A stretch of DNA of 64,000 nucleotides from assembly GCA_021838945.1 (NCBI GenBank), contig JAKCCH010000001.1:7974-71973 (forward strand), in the 5' to 3' direction. The DNA comes from Actinomycetes bacterium. Its GTDB lineage: Bacteria; Actinomycetota; Acidimicrobiia; Acidimicrobiales; Bog-793. The stretch's first letter is position 1; every line of letters starts with the position of its first letter. This document shows, piece after piece, positions 50,301 to 58,550 of the stretch. The notes below the pieces were generated by a model. The model did not search any database and was not told the origin of the DNA. It was given only the letters and a program-made list of their open reading frames with translations. Position numbers and translations under genes: made by a program.

Positions 50301-50894
50301 CTTGGCGGACAGGTTGACCGCCGCCTCGCCGGTCGCCACGCCGGCGCGGAGCGAGAGGCCTTCCTTGTGGATCTCCTCGCCGAGCATCGAAATGGCCTGT
50401 GTCAGATCGAGTGCCGTACGGACTGCACGCTCCGCGTCGTCCTCCTGCGCGACTGGAGCCCCCCAGAGCGCCATGACGGCATCCCCGATGAACTTCTCCA
50501 CCACCCCGCCGTACCGCTCGACGAGTGCTGTGCAGGTGTCGAAGTACTTCGAGAGCAGCTCGCGCACGTCCTCTGGGTCGGCCGGCTCGGAGAGGCTCGT
50601 GAACCCCACGAGGTCGGCGAAGAGGACCGTGACAAGGCGCCGCTCCGCGACCGGCGCCGCACTTGGGGTACCGCCCATCGCAGCCTCGTTCGCAGCTCCC
50701 GGCACACCGGAGCTGGGCGCACCACTCGTCGCCCGCACACCGTTGGCGACAGGCATCCCGCACTCCGGGCAGAACCTGGCGACGGCATCGAGCAGCTCAC
50801 CGCAGGACAGGCACTTCCGGGCGAGCGTGGTGCCACAGCCGTGGCAGAACTTCGCGCTCTCCTTGTTCGAGGTACCGCAGCTGGAGCAGATCAC
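47310..50894 (-). CDS. double zinc-ribbon / class III adenylate-guanylate cyclase / AAA(STAND-like) ATPase / TPR regulator
   Basis: GTG at 50894 starts the ORF. There are four CxxC pairs in the first 47 aa and a cyclase homology domain (LVTVLFADLVGFTSLSE...KFIGDAVMALWG). A P-loop (VSGIAGIGKSRL) and a long TPR-like C-terminus follow. The protein is 1194 aa with no terminal HTH. Confidence 0.85.
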   Translation of the reverse strand: MICSSCGTSNKESAKFCHGCGTTLARKCLSCGELLDAVARFCPECGMPVANGVRATSGAPSSGVPGAANEAAMGGTPSAAPVAERRLVTVLFADLVGFTSLSEPADPEDVRELLSKYFDTCTALVERYGGVVEKFIGDAVMALWGAPVAQEDDAERAVRTALDLTQAISMLGEEIHKEGLSLRAGVATGEAAVNLSAKGQGMVAGDLVNTASRIQSAAAPGTVLVSDATRRMTEAAISYKDAGTHTLKGKEEPVQLFEAVRVVAGVGGLMKSTGLEPPFVGRDRELRFVKDLFHATAEDRKAHLIQVSGIAGIGKSRLSWELFKYIDGLSAISWWHRGRCLSYGEGVTYWALAEMVRGRAGILEGEERASALGKLHETVVEHVEDEEERRFVEPRLAQLIGLEDRTSTDKTELFSAWRLFFERLAKSYPVVMVFEDMQWADPSLVEFIDHLLDFSRSHPLFVMTLARPETETTETRRRNVTSIYLEPLDPDSMGALLDGFVPGLPAELRTKILDRSEGVPLYLVETVRMLLDKGLLVREGPVYQPVGEISALEVPETLHALVASRLDQMPLAERLLVQDAAVIGKSFTRQALVALTGGEDEVLETLLSSLVGKEVFSIQLDPRSPERGQFAFVQDLMRTVAYETLSRHDRRRKHLDAAEYLERAWGQDEEEIIEVVASHLLSAYLLDEGADDAPRIRDRARGMLVRAGERAASLAAGEEAEGYFDKAAPLSDSVLERAELTERAGQMAELRGRVEDALERYGQAVRLFEEAGQTHQAARCEARSAGVEYQIGQLDRAVGRMLRAAEMMGSDEPDPDVATVSAQLGRMLALADRAEEAAPHLEHALELGELLELPEVYSQALNSKAVFLLRRNRLDEAGVLLRRALEVAIEHDLSGAALRAYNNLGVALETRDRCADTFELVERQRDLAHRVGDRFWEINCLAGAVGNLVCLGRWDQALAWADEAMSADEFTTLRSIANSVLDGVIVHVHRGHLDAAGELVEAAGGVNVAEAAEYRTARAGILAVLWRARGELETALASAMEAFGALQVLGLTNTRVKGGLVLAADIALELGDAERVDELLAVVQAARPGEVTPWLRAQTARLSARLAAARDENDAVEPGFEAAEEILRRLGFAFDLAVVQLEHAEWLFVSGRSDDAEPLRAAASETFAGLRAAPWLERLGRLGAESVPASVTPA

Positions 50895-51047
50895 GTCACG
50901 TCACGTCCAGGTCCCTGAGTCCCCTCTCACAAGGGACGAGTTCCGGATCGAAGGGTAGCCGAGCGCCCCGCGACCGGGCCGGCTCGGATTGAGGCGTCTC
51001 CTCTACAGCGCCCCCGCGGACTGGTCGAGGTCGTCGCCATCGCTGCC

Positions 51048-53381
51048 TCAGTAGTGCAAAGGCGAGGTACCGCACTGCAGATAGGGGCCGGTGAGAAGCG
51101 GCGAGACAGGCGCAGGGGTCGCTCCCACCACCTTGTAGACGGTGAAGTGGGGACCCTCGTAGACCTGGTCGAGAAAGCGTGTCCGGCTCATCTGGGCGTA
51201 GTTCGTCTTCCCTGTCGGGCCTGGGTAACCGAGCACGACGACACCCCTCGCGATCACCACATAGCTGATGTGGTGCTGACGCAGGAACGCTTCGTTCGAG
51301 CGCGGGTGCTCGAAGAACCGGCGGGCCGAAAGCATGAGGTGGACGACGTAGCCCACCTTCCGGGGACGAAGGAACGGGGCCATACCCTCGGTCAGCGCGA
51401 ACCTGCCGGTGGCCGCAGCGAAGGCGCCCTCGGTCCGCTGGTTGGCGAGGAACCTCGCCCCACAGGAGGTGTCCTGGCGCACCCAGTCGAAGAACTCGAC
51501 TCGTGAAGCGCTCACCCGCTCGGAGACGGACCATCCAACGCTCGCTGGCAGCACCCAGATGCTCATGGACACGACCAGGGCGGCGGGGAGCAGACCCACT
51601 CGGAGCAAGCGCAGGCGGCTGACGGTGGCCATGAGCGCTTCGATGACCGCCAGCGCGACGACCAGGAGACCGAGGGAGGTGAACTCCGGCAACCGGCGTG
51701 TGCCGAAGGTGGCGGGGACGAAGACCCTGTAGTGCAGGTCGAATCCGACAGCGATGGCGATCATCGAGGCAGCCAGGCCGAATCCGACGAAGCCGCTCAC
51801 CCGGATCGGTCCGCTCCCGAACAGGAGGACCACGACCGCGACGAGCAGCGCCACGGCGAAGACCACCCCGATCGTCGATATGCGCAGAGCGTGAACGCCG
51901 ATCATCAGCATCGAGGTGACGACCTTTGTGAGCGAGTACCAGTGTCCAGTTGCGGGCAGATGTGGAAGGAAGCTGCCTTCGAACAGATAGGCAGTGGAGT
52001 CGAAGGGCACGTGAACCGAGGAGTAAAGAGCCTGGTCGCTGGCGCCAGCAAGGCCGAACGAGCCTCCGCCGACCAGCCGGATGACGACAAAGAGCAGGCC
52101 GAGCAGGCCGGCCATGATCGCGCCCTGGCGGAGCACGATGGGCGGCGGCATCGGCCCGCCGCCGTCGCCCCCCGCGCGATCGGTGTCATGACCCGGCGGG
52201 TCGGGAGACCCGTCGCTCAAGACCGTCCCGCCTCGCTCGCCCGGCTCGCGGCGGCTCGGGGGGGTGACGCCTCCCGTGGCGCTCGCCGCCCGCGTCTGGG
52301 CGTGGACAGTGGCCCCGGTGATGGCCGCGGCACCCCCGTCCTCTTCACCGCCGCTGCCTGCTCGGATGTCGGCCCCCGCGAACGCGAGCGCACGACCGAC
52401 GCGGCCTGCATCCGTGCGTCTCGCCCCGGCGGCCGCGAGGAATCTCGGCCTCAGGGGAGGAAGCAGGTGACGCAGCATCTCGGCGGCGGCGGCGAAACAA
52501 AGCGCCACTACCGCCGCGACGACCGGAATTAGGTGAGTCCCACTTCCGGCCGCCAGCACCAAGCCGGTCGCGATCGCCGGGCCGAAGTCCCGCCTGCGGA
52601 ACGCGTAGATGCCGAGGGCTATCGCGCAGAAGGCCACGGCCTGCCCGAAGTCCTCGGCGCGGTACTCCCAGAACAGCGTCGTGATGCCGACCCCGGGGAT
52701 GATCCGCCAGTTGCCGAGCATCACGAGGGGAAGGAGCGCGCTCGTGCGCGGAAGACCGAGCTCCCATGCGGTCGCCCAGAGGCCGAGGGCGGTCCCCGCT
52801 GTGGCGAGCAGGTCGAGCACGCCTGGGCCTGTGGCGACGTTGTGGCCGATCATGGCCACCACCGCAGTGAAGGCGTCGAGCAGCACCTTGTCCGTCGCCG
52901 GCGGCCAGGATCGCCCGTACTCGAGGGTCGCCGACGGAATTCCGTGGGCGTTCGCTATCTGGAGCCCGTTCAGGTAGTAGACGTCGCGAGACGCCCCCAC
53001 ATAGTGGAGGTAGGGAAGGTGGATCCCCGCCACGGCGATGACCACGGCGGCGCCGATCACGAGCGCGAGGGTGTGCCCGCTACCGGTGATCTCGTCGCGC
53101 AAGCCACGGACCTGTTCCCGAAGTGGCAGACGGCGTGCGGCGGCGAACCAGAGGAGGGTCGTCATCACGACCCAGCCCACGAGGTAGGTGGTCGGCCAGA
53201 GGACATGAGCTGACGCGAGTGCGAAAGCGAGTCCACCCGAGGCGACGTAGCCGATCGCGAAGAAGGCGGCTGCGCGGGTGACGGTCGAGACCTGACCCGG
53301 CCTGAACGCGACGAACGTCCCGGCTAGGCCCGGGAGAAGGATGATCAGCCCCATGATGATCAACAGCCACTGGCTGTGCAT
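51048..53381 (-). CDS. large polytopic membrane protein, possible GT-C-type glycosyltransferase
   Basis: 777 aa with more than 12 predicted TM segments and a C-terminal soluble domain. RBS gggag lies 9 nt before the ATG at 53381. A Gly/Ala/Arg/Pro-rich insert of about 110 aa is encoded at about 52140-52470. Confidence 0.6.
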   Translation of the reverse strand: MHSQWLLIIMGLIILLPGLAGTFVAFRPGQVSTVTRAAAFFAIGYVASGGLAFALASAHVLWPTTYLVGWVVMTTLLWFAAARRLPLREQVRGLRDEITGSGHTLALVIGAAVVIAVAGIHLPYLHYVGASRDVYYLNGLQIANAHGIPSATLEYGRSWPPATDKVLLDAFTAVVAMIGHNVATGPGVLDLLATAGTALGLWATAWELGLPRTSALLPLVMLGNWRIIPGVGITTLFWEYRAEDFGQAVAFCAIALGIYAFRRRDFGPAIATGLVLAAGSGTHLIPVVAAVVALCFAAAAEMLRHLLPPLRPRFLAAAGARRTDAGRVGRALAFAGADIRAGSGGEEDGGAAAITGATVHAQTRAASATGGVTPPSRREPGERGGTVLSDGSPDPPGHDTDRAGGDGGGPMPPPIVLRQGAIMAGLLGLLFVVIRLVGGGSFGLAGASDQALYSSVHVPFDSTAYLFEGSFLPHLPATGHWYSLTKVVTSMLMIGVHALRISTIGVVFAVALLVAVVVLLFGSGPIRVSGFVGFGLAASMIAIAVGFDLHYRVFVPATFGTRRLPEFTSLGLLVVALAVIEALMATVSRLRLLRVGLLPAALVVSMSIWVLPASVGWSVSERVSASRVEFFDWVRQDTSCGARFLANQRTEGAFAAATGRFALTEGMAPFLRPRKVGYVVHLMLSARRFFEHPRSNEAFLRQHHISYVVIARGVVVLGYPGPTGKTNYAQMSRTRFLDQVYEGPHFTVYKVVGATPAPVSPLLTGPYLQCGTSPLHY

Positions 53382-53527
53382 TCGCTGGTCTCCCTGCGCT
53401 ACCTGGTAAACGTCTCGCCCACTGCCAGTAGCCCCCCGCTGCCCCTCCCGCTCACGCGCCCGGGCTCGGAGAAGGTATGTCAGCCGGGCGGCCGGAGATG
53501 CGAGGCAAGTTCACCGCCTGCTGAACC

Positions 53528-53867
53528 TACACCGGCACCTTGAAGCGCCGAGGGACCGGCATCGGGCGGCGCACCCCGGCCGAGGTCTATGCGAGAAGGG
53601 AGAAGGCGGCCCCCTCCCCCTCGTTCGTGCAGGTAGGCGAGCGGCGGCTCCGCTTCGACAGGGTCAACAGGGCCAGGCCGGTGACCCTCCGCCACCGGAG
53701 ACGCCTCCAACGTCGGTATCGGAAAGGACTATGCGGGCTGGCCGGTCGCCATGCTCATCGATGGCCTTCGGATCGAGATCGTCGGGCTCGACGGCGCACC
53801 GCTACCAACGGATCCCCTGAAACAAGCGGTCTACGATGTCCTGAGACACCGGTCTCCGATGTCTTGA
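53528..53867 (+). pseudogene. IS481-family transposase C-terminal remnant
   Basis: The translation ...GIGRRTPAEVYARREKAAP...RLRFDRVNRARPVTLRH shifts frame near 53695 to NVGIGKDYAGWPVAMLIDGLRIEIVGLDGAPL...VYDVLRHRSPMS*. This matches the typical tail of IS481-type rve transposases. The catalytic core is absent. Confidence 0.6.
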
Positions 53868-54002
53868 GACATCACAGAGCGAGTGGGTTTTGCGGGTGAG
53901 GTCTTCACATAACCAGATGACCTGCTGACGCGCTCACCTGCGAGAGTTGACCGCGCAGGTTCGTCGGGCTCGGACCACACCTCGTCCACAGGGCCGTCGA
54001 GC

Positions 54003-54404
54003 TCAGCCCTGGCGGCGCGTGCGGGGGTCGGCCTCGAGCGCATCGATCCCGAGCTCCTCGAGGCGGCGCAGCAGCTCGTGGGCGCGACGGTCGTTTCGGA
54101 TCCAGGCCGTGTAGTCCTCGCTCTGCTCCCTCGTGAGGTAGCGGCCGACCGTCTTTTGAGCGACCTTCCTCGTCCATTGGAAGTACGGCCCATGCCGCCG
54201 CGGCGGGTCCTTCATGCACGCACACCCCGCCCGCCCGCAGACCGTCGAGCGCTCGGCGATCGAACCCGGGAGCACGAGGCCGGTCCGGGCAATGGAGGCG
54301 AGCTCGTCGGCGATCCGGCGGGCCTCGGCGCGATGGGCCGGGTCGAGGCGCACGGGAGAAGCCTCCCATCGGGGATCCACCATTTCGGTCATGTCGTACT
54401 GCAT
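54003..54404 (-). CDS. DUF6788-like small protein (mobile-element associated)
   Basis: ATG at 54404 (MQYDMTEMVD) gives 133 aa. The core CGRAGCACMKDPPRRHGPYFQWTRKVAQKTVGRYLTREQ matches my recollection of the DUF6788 pattern. Confidence 0.5.
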   Translation of the reverse strand: MQYDMTEMVDPRWEASPVRLDPAHRAEARRIADELASIARTGLVLPGSIAERSTVCGRAGCACMKDPPRRHGPYFQWTRKVAQKTVGRYLTREQSEDYTAWIRNDRRAHELLRRLEELGIDALEADPRTRRQG

Positions 54405-54416
54405 ACATACACGTCG

Positions 54417-55334
54417 ATGGCCTGCACACCCGAGGTGGCGGCTGCGGTGTCGTCGTGGCGTCCCCGCCTCGTCGGCGCGCCTGAAGCCGACTTCGCCCGC
54501 CGTGTCGTGCTCGCCTGTGAGCCTTCGAGCCTGCCCGCGCACGTGCGCTCTTGTGGGCGACCTCCCGCCTTGGTGCCTTCGCCGTGTCGGTCGGTCTCCC
54601 CCTCCAGGTGGCCGAGCTGCTCCGGCCGGCGGTGATCGAGCGCTTCGTCATGGTCGGGCTCAGAGGCGCGAGCGGGTCGCGCCGGCGCACGGTGCGAGCG
54701 AACCTGCGCTTTGTCGGGCGGCGGGTGGCCCCGAGGCAGTTCCCGCCCGATCCGGTCCCGGTCAGCCGGGACGAGGTCGTGCCGGCCCTACACCGAGGCC
54801 GAGATCGCCTCGTACCTCGCGCTGGCATCGGCCCAGCCGACGAAGGCGCGCCGGATGCGCGCCACCGGCCTTGTCTGTCTCGGGGCGGGGGCCGGCCTCG
54901 TCGGCGCGGACCTCCGGCAGGTGCGCGGGTCAGACCTCGGGGTCGTCTCGGGCATCTGCTGCGTGCGCGTCCGGGGCCTGCGGCCACGAGTCGTCCCGGT
55001 GCTGCGGCCCTACCGCGAGGCGCTCGTCGCATCGGCCCACTTCGCCGGAGAGGGCTTTGTGATCGGCGGCGTGCGTCCCGAGCGCCACAACGTCACCCAC
55101 CGCCTCGTCGACTCGCTGTCGGGCGGCGACGACCTCAAACGGCTGTCGCTCCCTCGCCTCCGGGCGAGCTACCTCTCGGTGCTCGTCAGCGCGGCGGGGC
55201 TGCCCGAGCTGCTCGCGGCCGCAGGCCTGGCCGGCTCGAAGGCGCTCTTCGACCTCGTCTCCTACCTCGGGCCGCCCGGAGAGGGCCGTGTCGTCGCCGT
55301 CGTCGGGGAGCTTTGTGGGACGAAGCCTTCTTGA
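54417..55334 (+). pseudogene. tyrosine-recombinase-like mobile-element protein, two frameshifts
   Basis: Frame 0 reads MACTPEVAAAVSSWRPRLVGAPEADFARRVV. Frame 2, from about 54520, reads FEPARARALLWATSRLGAFAVSVGLPLQVAELLRPAVIERF...PVPVSRDE. Frame 0 resumes from about 54775 with RPYTEAEIASYLALASAQPTKARRMRATGLVCLGAGAGL.... Confidence 0.5.
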
Positions 55335-56080
55335 GCTCGAGGGGATCCTCGACGCCTCGGGGCTCGCCGAGATGGTCGAGCCCGCCATGCCGAGCGGCGG
55401 CAGGCCCCGTCAGCTGCCGGTGCGAACGCTCGTGCTCGGGTTCTTGTTGGCCACAGCAGACGACCGCCCGGCACACCTCACCCGCGTGCACGCGGCGCTC
55501 GTGTCGCTCCCCGACGCCGAGAAGGCACGCCTCAAGATCGCCGTCTCGCGGCGAGGGCGCCCCCACGAGCTCACCTACCGCCAGGTCGAACACACCGGCC
55601 GCAGCCTGAGGGCGGTCTTCGACGCCGAGCGCCTCGACGGGAAGCCCGGGCAGCTCCTCACCCAGGTGACCGAGGCGCTCGTGGAGGCGAGCATCCCCGA
55701 GGCGCTCGGCGCCGAAGGCGACCTCGCAGTCGACTGGACCGACGTCGAGTCCTTCGCACGGCCAGGACGGGGCGGGCGGCCTTCCTCGGACCGCGACGCC
55801 TCCTTCGGGCACCGCCGAGGGGACGCTCCGGGCCAGGGCCACGAGGTGTTCTTGGCTACTACCTCCAGCTCGCGACGATGGTGTGCCCGCTCGGCGGGCC
55901 ACCGGCACCCGAGCTCGTCCGCCGCCTCCTCGTGACGTCGTGCGACGTCGACCCACCCTCGTCGTTCGTCGAGGTGCTCTCACGTCTGTACGCCTCAGGG
56001 GTGACGCCGGGAGACGTGCTGGCCGACTGCGGCTACTCACACCGACGGCCCGAGCACTGGGCTGCCGCTTCGATCCGCTC
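55315..56080 (+). pseudogene. transposase-like protein (family not assigned), frameshifted and 3'-truncated
   Basis: GTG at 55315 gives VGRSLLELEGILDASGLAEMVEPAMPSGGRPRQLPVRTLVLGFLLATADDRPAHLTRVH.... A 1-nt deletion near 55850 is implied, because HEVFL reads on as GYYLQLATMVCP in the next frame. Similarity ends near 56080. Confidence 0.5.
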
Positions 56081-56765
56081 AGGTGGGTCCGTCGCTCTCG
56101 TAGCGCAGCGCTGCCAGGTCGCCCGGCCGTGGCCGCCTGCGGTCGATTACCTGCTTCACCACCGTGAAAGCACCAGGCCCTACACGACCGACCACGGGAA
56201 GCTCCCGCAGGTCGATCCGCTCGCTCGCCTGTATCGCTTCCGAGGCAACGTGGGCGCAGATCACCAGTCCGACGACGAGGGTTGCTTCCCCCACCCTAAG
56301 GGTGCGGAGCAGCCGGCACTCGAGGGAGACGGCGGAATCAGCCACCCCGGGCGGCCGCACATACCAGGACGGCGTCCGCTCCACCTCAGCCCACGCGAAC
56401 TCGTCTTCGTCCCCTGGGAGCTCGGCGGAGGTGATGAGCATCATCTCGAGCTGCGAGTCCTCAACGCTGTTGACGACGAACTCTCCGCTCTCGAGCACGT
56501 TGCGCAAGGTGTCCTTCATCCCGGTCGACACGAACATGACGGTCGGCGGGTCCGACGAGACGGGGGAAAAGTAGCTGTGGGGAGCGAGGTTCGTGCAGCC
56601 AGATCGGGAGATCGTCGAGATCCAGGCGATCGGTCGAGGCACGACGACCGAGCTCAGCAACCGCTCGGCGTTCTCGGAAGAGAGAGTCGAGAGGTCGATC
56701 CTGCGACTCGAGCGGCGTGCCCTGGGCCGCCCCGGTGGAGCGTCGCTCCCACGCGGCGGGCTCAC
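56079..56765 (-). CDS. flavin reductase-like FMN-binding protein
   Basis: 228 aa with LLSSVVVPRPIAWISTISRSGCTNLAPHSYFSPVSSDPPTVMF, typical of the flavin reductase domain. It sits 3 nt downstream of the aminotransferase gene. Confidence 0.75.
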   Translation of the reverse strand: MSPPRGSDAPPGRPRARRSSRRIDLSTLSSENAERLLSSVVVPRPIAWISTISRSGCTNLAPHSYFSPVSSDPPTVMFVSTGMKDTLRNVLESGEFVVNSVEDSQLEMMLITSAELPGDEDEFAWAEVERTPSWYVRPPGVADSAVSLECRLLRTLRVGEATLVVGLVICAHVASEAIQASERIDLRELPVVGRVGPGAFTVVKQVIDRRRPRPGDLAALRYESDGPT

Positions 56766-56768
56766 CCC

Positions 56769-58226
56769 TCAGCCGCCTGCAGCTGCCAGCGTCACCTCGG
56801 TGCGCCGTGTGGCCTCGCGCTCTCTGATCTCACCAGCGATACGTGCTCCCCGTGCGGTGCGGCCGTCCTCGAAGAAGCGGCACACGGCGTCCGCATAGAT
56901 GCCGCTTCGCGCCTCTGCGACTGCGGCCGGCATCTCGGAGCGGAGCTTCTCGTATGCCCACAGGTCAGCACGCGACAGGTTGATGCGGATCGACGTTGAC
57001 GCGCCGACGTCGCCGAGCCCGTCCCCTGCGTAGACGGCGACATGACGCTTGAACAGCGCGACGCAGAGCTCCTGACCGGTGATGCCGGTGCCGGAGACGT
57101 CGAGAACCATAGAGAAGCCGTACTCGGGCGTCACCGGGATGCTGATGTCCAGCCCGGCTGCCCGCCACTGCTCGACCGACTCCACGACATAGGCGAGATT
57201 GCGGCGCATGATCCCTTCGGAACGCTTCAGGTACTCCTCGTCCTTGAGGGCCGCGAGCGCTCCGTGCTGTCCGAGCAGGTTCGTGTGAATCTTGGTGATC
57301 TCCATCTTCACCATGGCCGCCGCCTTGAGTAGGTCCGGGTGTCCTGCCAGAAAGCCGAGCCGGACCGCCGCCATGCCGTAGCCCTTCGAGACCCCACTCG
57401 TGAGGATCACGTGCGACACGTCCGTCTCGTCGTGCAAGACGCTCAAGGGGTACTGCTGGACGCCGGGATTCAACCGGTGCGTGTTGTGGGTGATGTTGTT
57501 GAAGATGAGGAGGTCGTGGTCGCGGGCGAGCTCGGCGAGCGCGATCAGCTCTTCCTTGCGCTGGATCGTGCCGTAGGGGTTGATCGGGTCACAGATCACG
57601 ATCATCTTGGTACGCAGGGTCAGGCGTTCGCGGACCTCCTCCACGTTGAGCCGGAACTCGTTGTGCGGACCCAGGGGAATGCGCACGGGGACGGCTTCAG
57701 CCACGTGGCATGCGGGAGCGAAATGGAAGTAGACGGGGTCCGGCATGATCACCTCGTCTCCTGGGCTGAGATACGAGAGGTAGGTGAAGCCGATGCCGCC
57801 TTGTGCCCCCTCGACACCGATGACCTCGAAGTCCTCGGAACGCTCACGGCCGAACTTCTTCACGGCTGCGAGATCCCGGAGCTCGCTCAGCAGGTCCGGA
57901 GGGTATGGACCGATGTTCTCCGCCGTGCAGGCGTCCCGCATCGCCTGCACGGCGCTGTCGGGCGGCCCGATGTACGAGCACATCCAGCCGAGGTCTGACC
58001 ACTCGGCCGGATCGAGGTCGATCCTTCCGCCCTTGTAGACGTCGGTGTGGTTCCAGCCGAGAACGTCGATCGCCTCCCGGTAGGTGAAGTAGTTGCCCAT
58101 CCCCTGCGGGTCGTAGAAGAGAGGCTTGGCCCTCGAGGAGATGAGGCGCTTCATCCTCATGCTGAGCAAGTGGCCGTCGGTCTCGTAATCCCGGCCCCAC
58201 GACATGATGAAGCGGCTCTTAGCCAT
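56769..58226 (-). CDS. class I/II PLP-dependent aminotransferase
   Basis: 485 aa with ICDPINPYG and the PLP-lysine motif SGVSKGYGMAAVRLGF. RBS gagggagga precedes the ATG at 58226. Confidence 0.8.
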   Translation of the reverse strand: MAKSRFIMSWGRDYETDGHLLSMRMKRLISSRAKPLFYDPQGMGNYFTYREAIDVLGWNHTDVYKGGRIDLDPAEWSDLGWMCSYIGPPDSAVQAMRDACTAENIGPYPPDLLSELRDLAAVKKFGRERSEDFEVIGVEGAQGGIGFTYLSYLSPGDEVIMPDPVYFHFAPACHVAEAVPVRIPLGPHNEFRLNVEEVRERLTLRTKMIVICDPINPYGTIQRKEELIALAELARDHDLLIFNNITHNTHRLNPGVQQYPLSVLHDETDVSHVILTSGVSKGYGMAAVRLGFLAGHPDLLKAAAMVKMEITKIHTNLLGQHGALAALKDEEYLKRSEGIMRRNLAYVVESVEQWRAAGLDISIPVTPEYGFSMVLDVSGTGITGQELCVALFKRHVAVYAGDGLGDVGASTSIRINLSRADLWAYEKLRSEMPAAVAEARSGIYADAVCRFFEDGRTARGARIAGEIREREATRRTEVTLAAAGG

Positions 58227-58435
58227 CTCAGCGTCCTCCCTCTCTTGTAGTTAGCACCGCCGCCGGGGTGCCACGCCCGGACGCGGGCGCGAATAACGTG
58301 AGCAACAAGGGACCTACGCCCGCGGTGCGGTTCCGGTTCGCGCTGATGGGGGATCGGGGGGCGCATGTACCATCTGCGCTTCCCGTTGCTCCCTGTGCGA
58401 GGGTTGCCGAGCAACACTTGTAGGCCGTGCCGACA

Positions 58436-58465
58436 ATGGTAAGCGTTCTTCTACAACGCGCACAA
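58436..58465 (-). promoter_or_regulatory. candidate promoter P3 with embedded operator (aminotransferase/flavin reductase operon)
   Basis: The minus strand reads TTGTGC, then the 18-nt spacer gcGTTGTagaAGAACgct, then TACCAT. The spacer is the exact reverse complement form of the GTTCT-N3-ACAAC site in P2. Confidence 0.45.
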
Positions 58466-58550
58466 GTGGTCGTCGTCAACTAACACTCGCGCGGGCCTCC
58501 ACCGCCACCTCGCTGCGAAGCGTGCCTGGCGCCTTGCAGCCGGGAGGTGC

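Larger units (their letters stand above)
54003..56080. mobile_element. decayed mobile-element module (DUF6788-like gene, recombinase-like pseudogene, transposase-like pseudogene)
   Basis: These are three adjacent mobile-element-type genes. Two carry frameshifts, and the last is truncated at the 3' end of the flavin reductase gene. Confidence 0.55.

Noticed and set aside
50891-50905. A pentanucleotide tcacg x3 at the start codon of the cyclase gene, considered as a possible phase-variation tract.
   Set aside because: Three copies is too short for efficient slippage, and only the last GTG opens the long frame. It is probably fortuitous.
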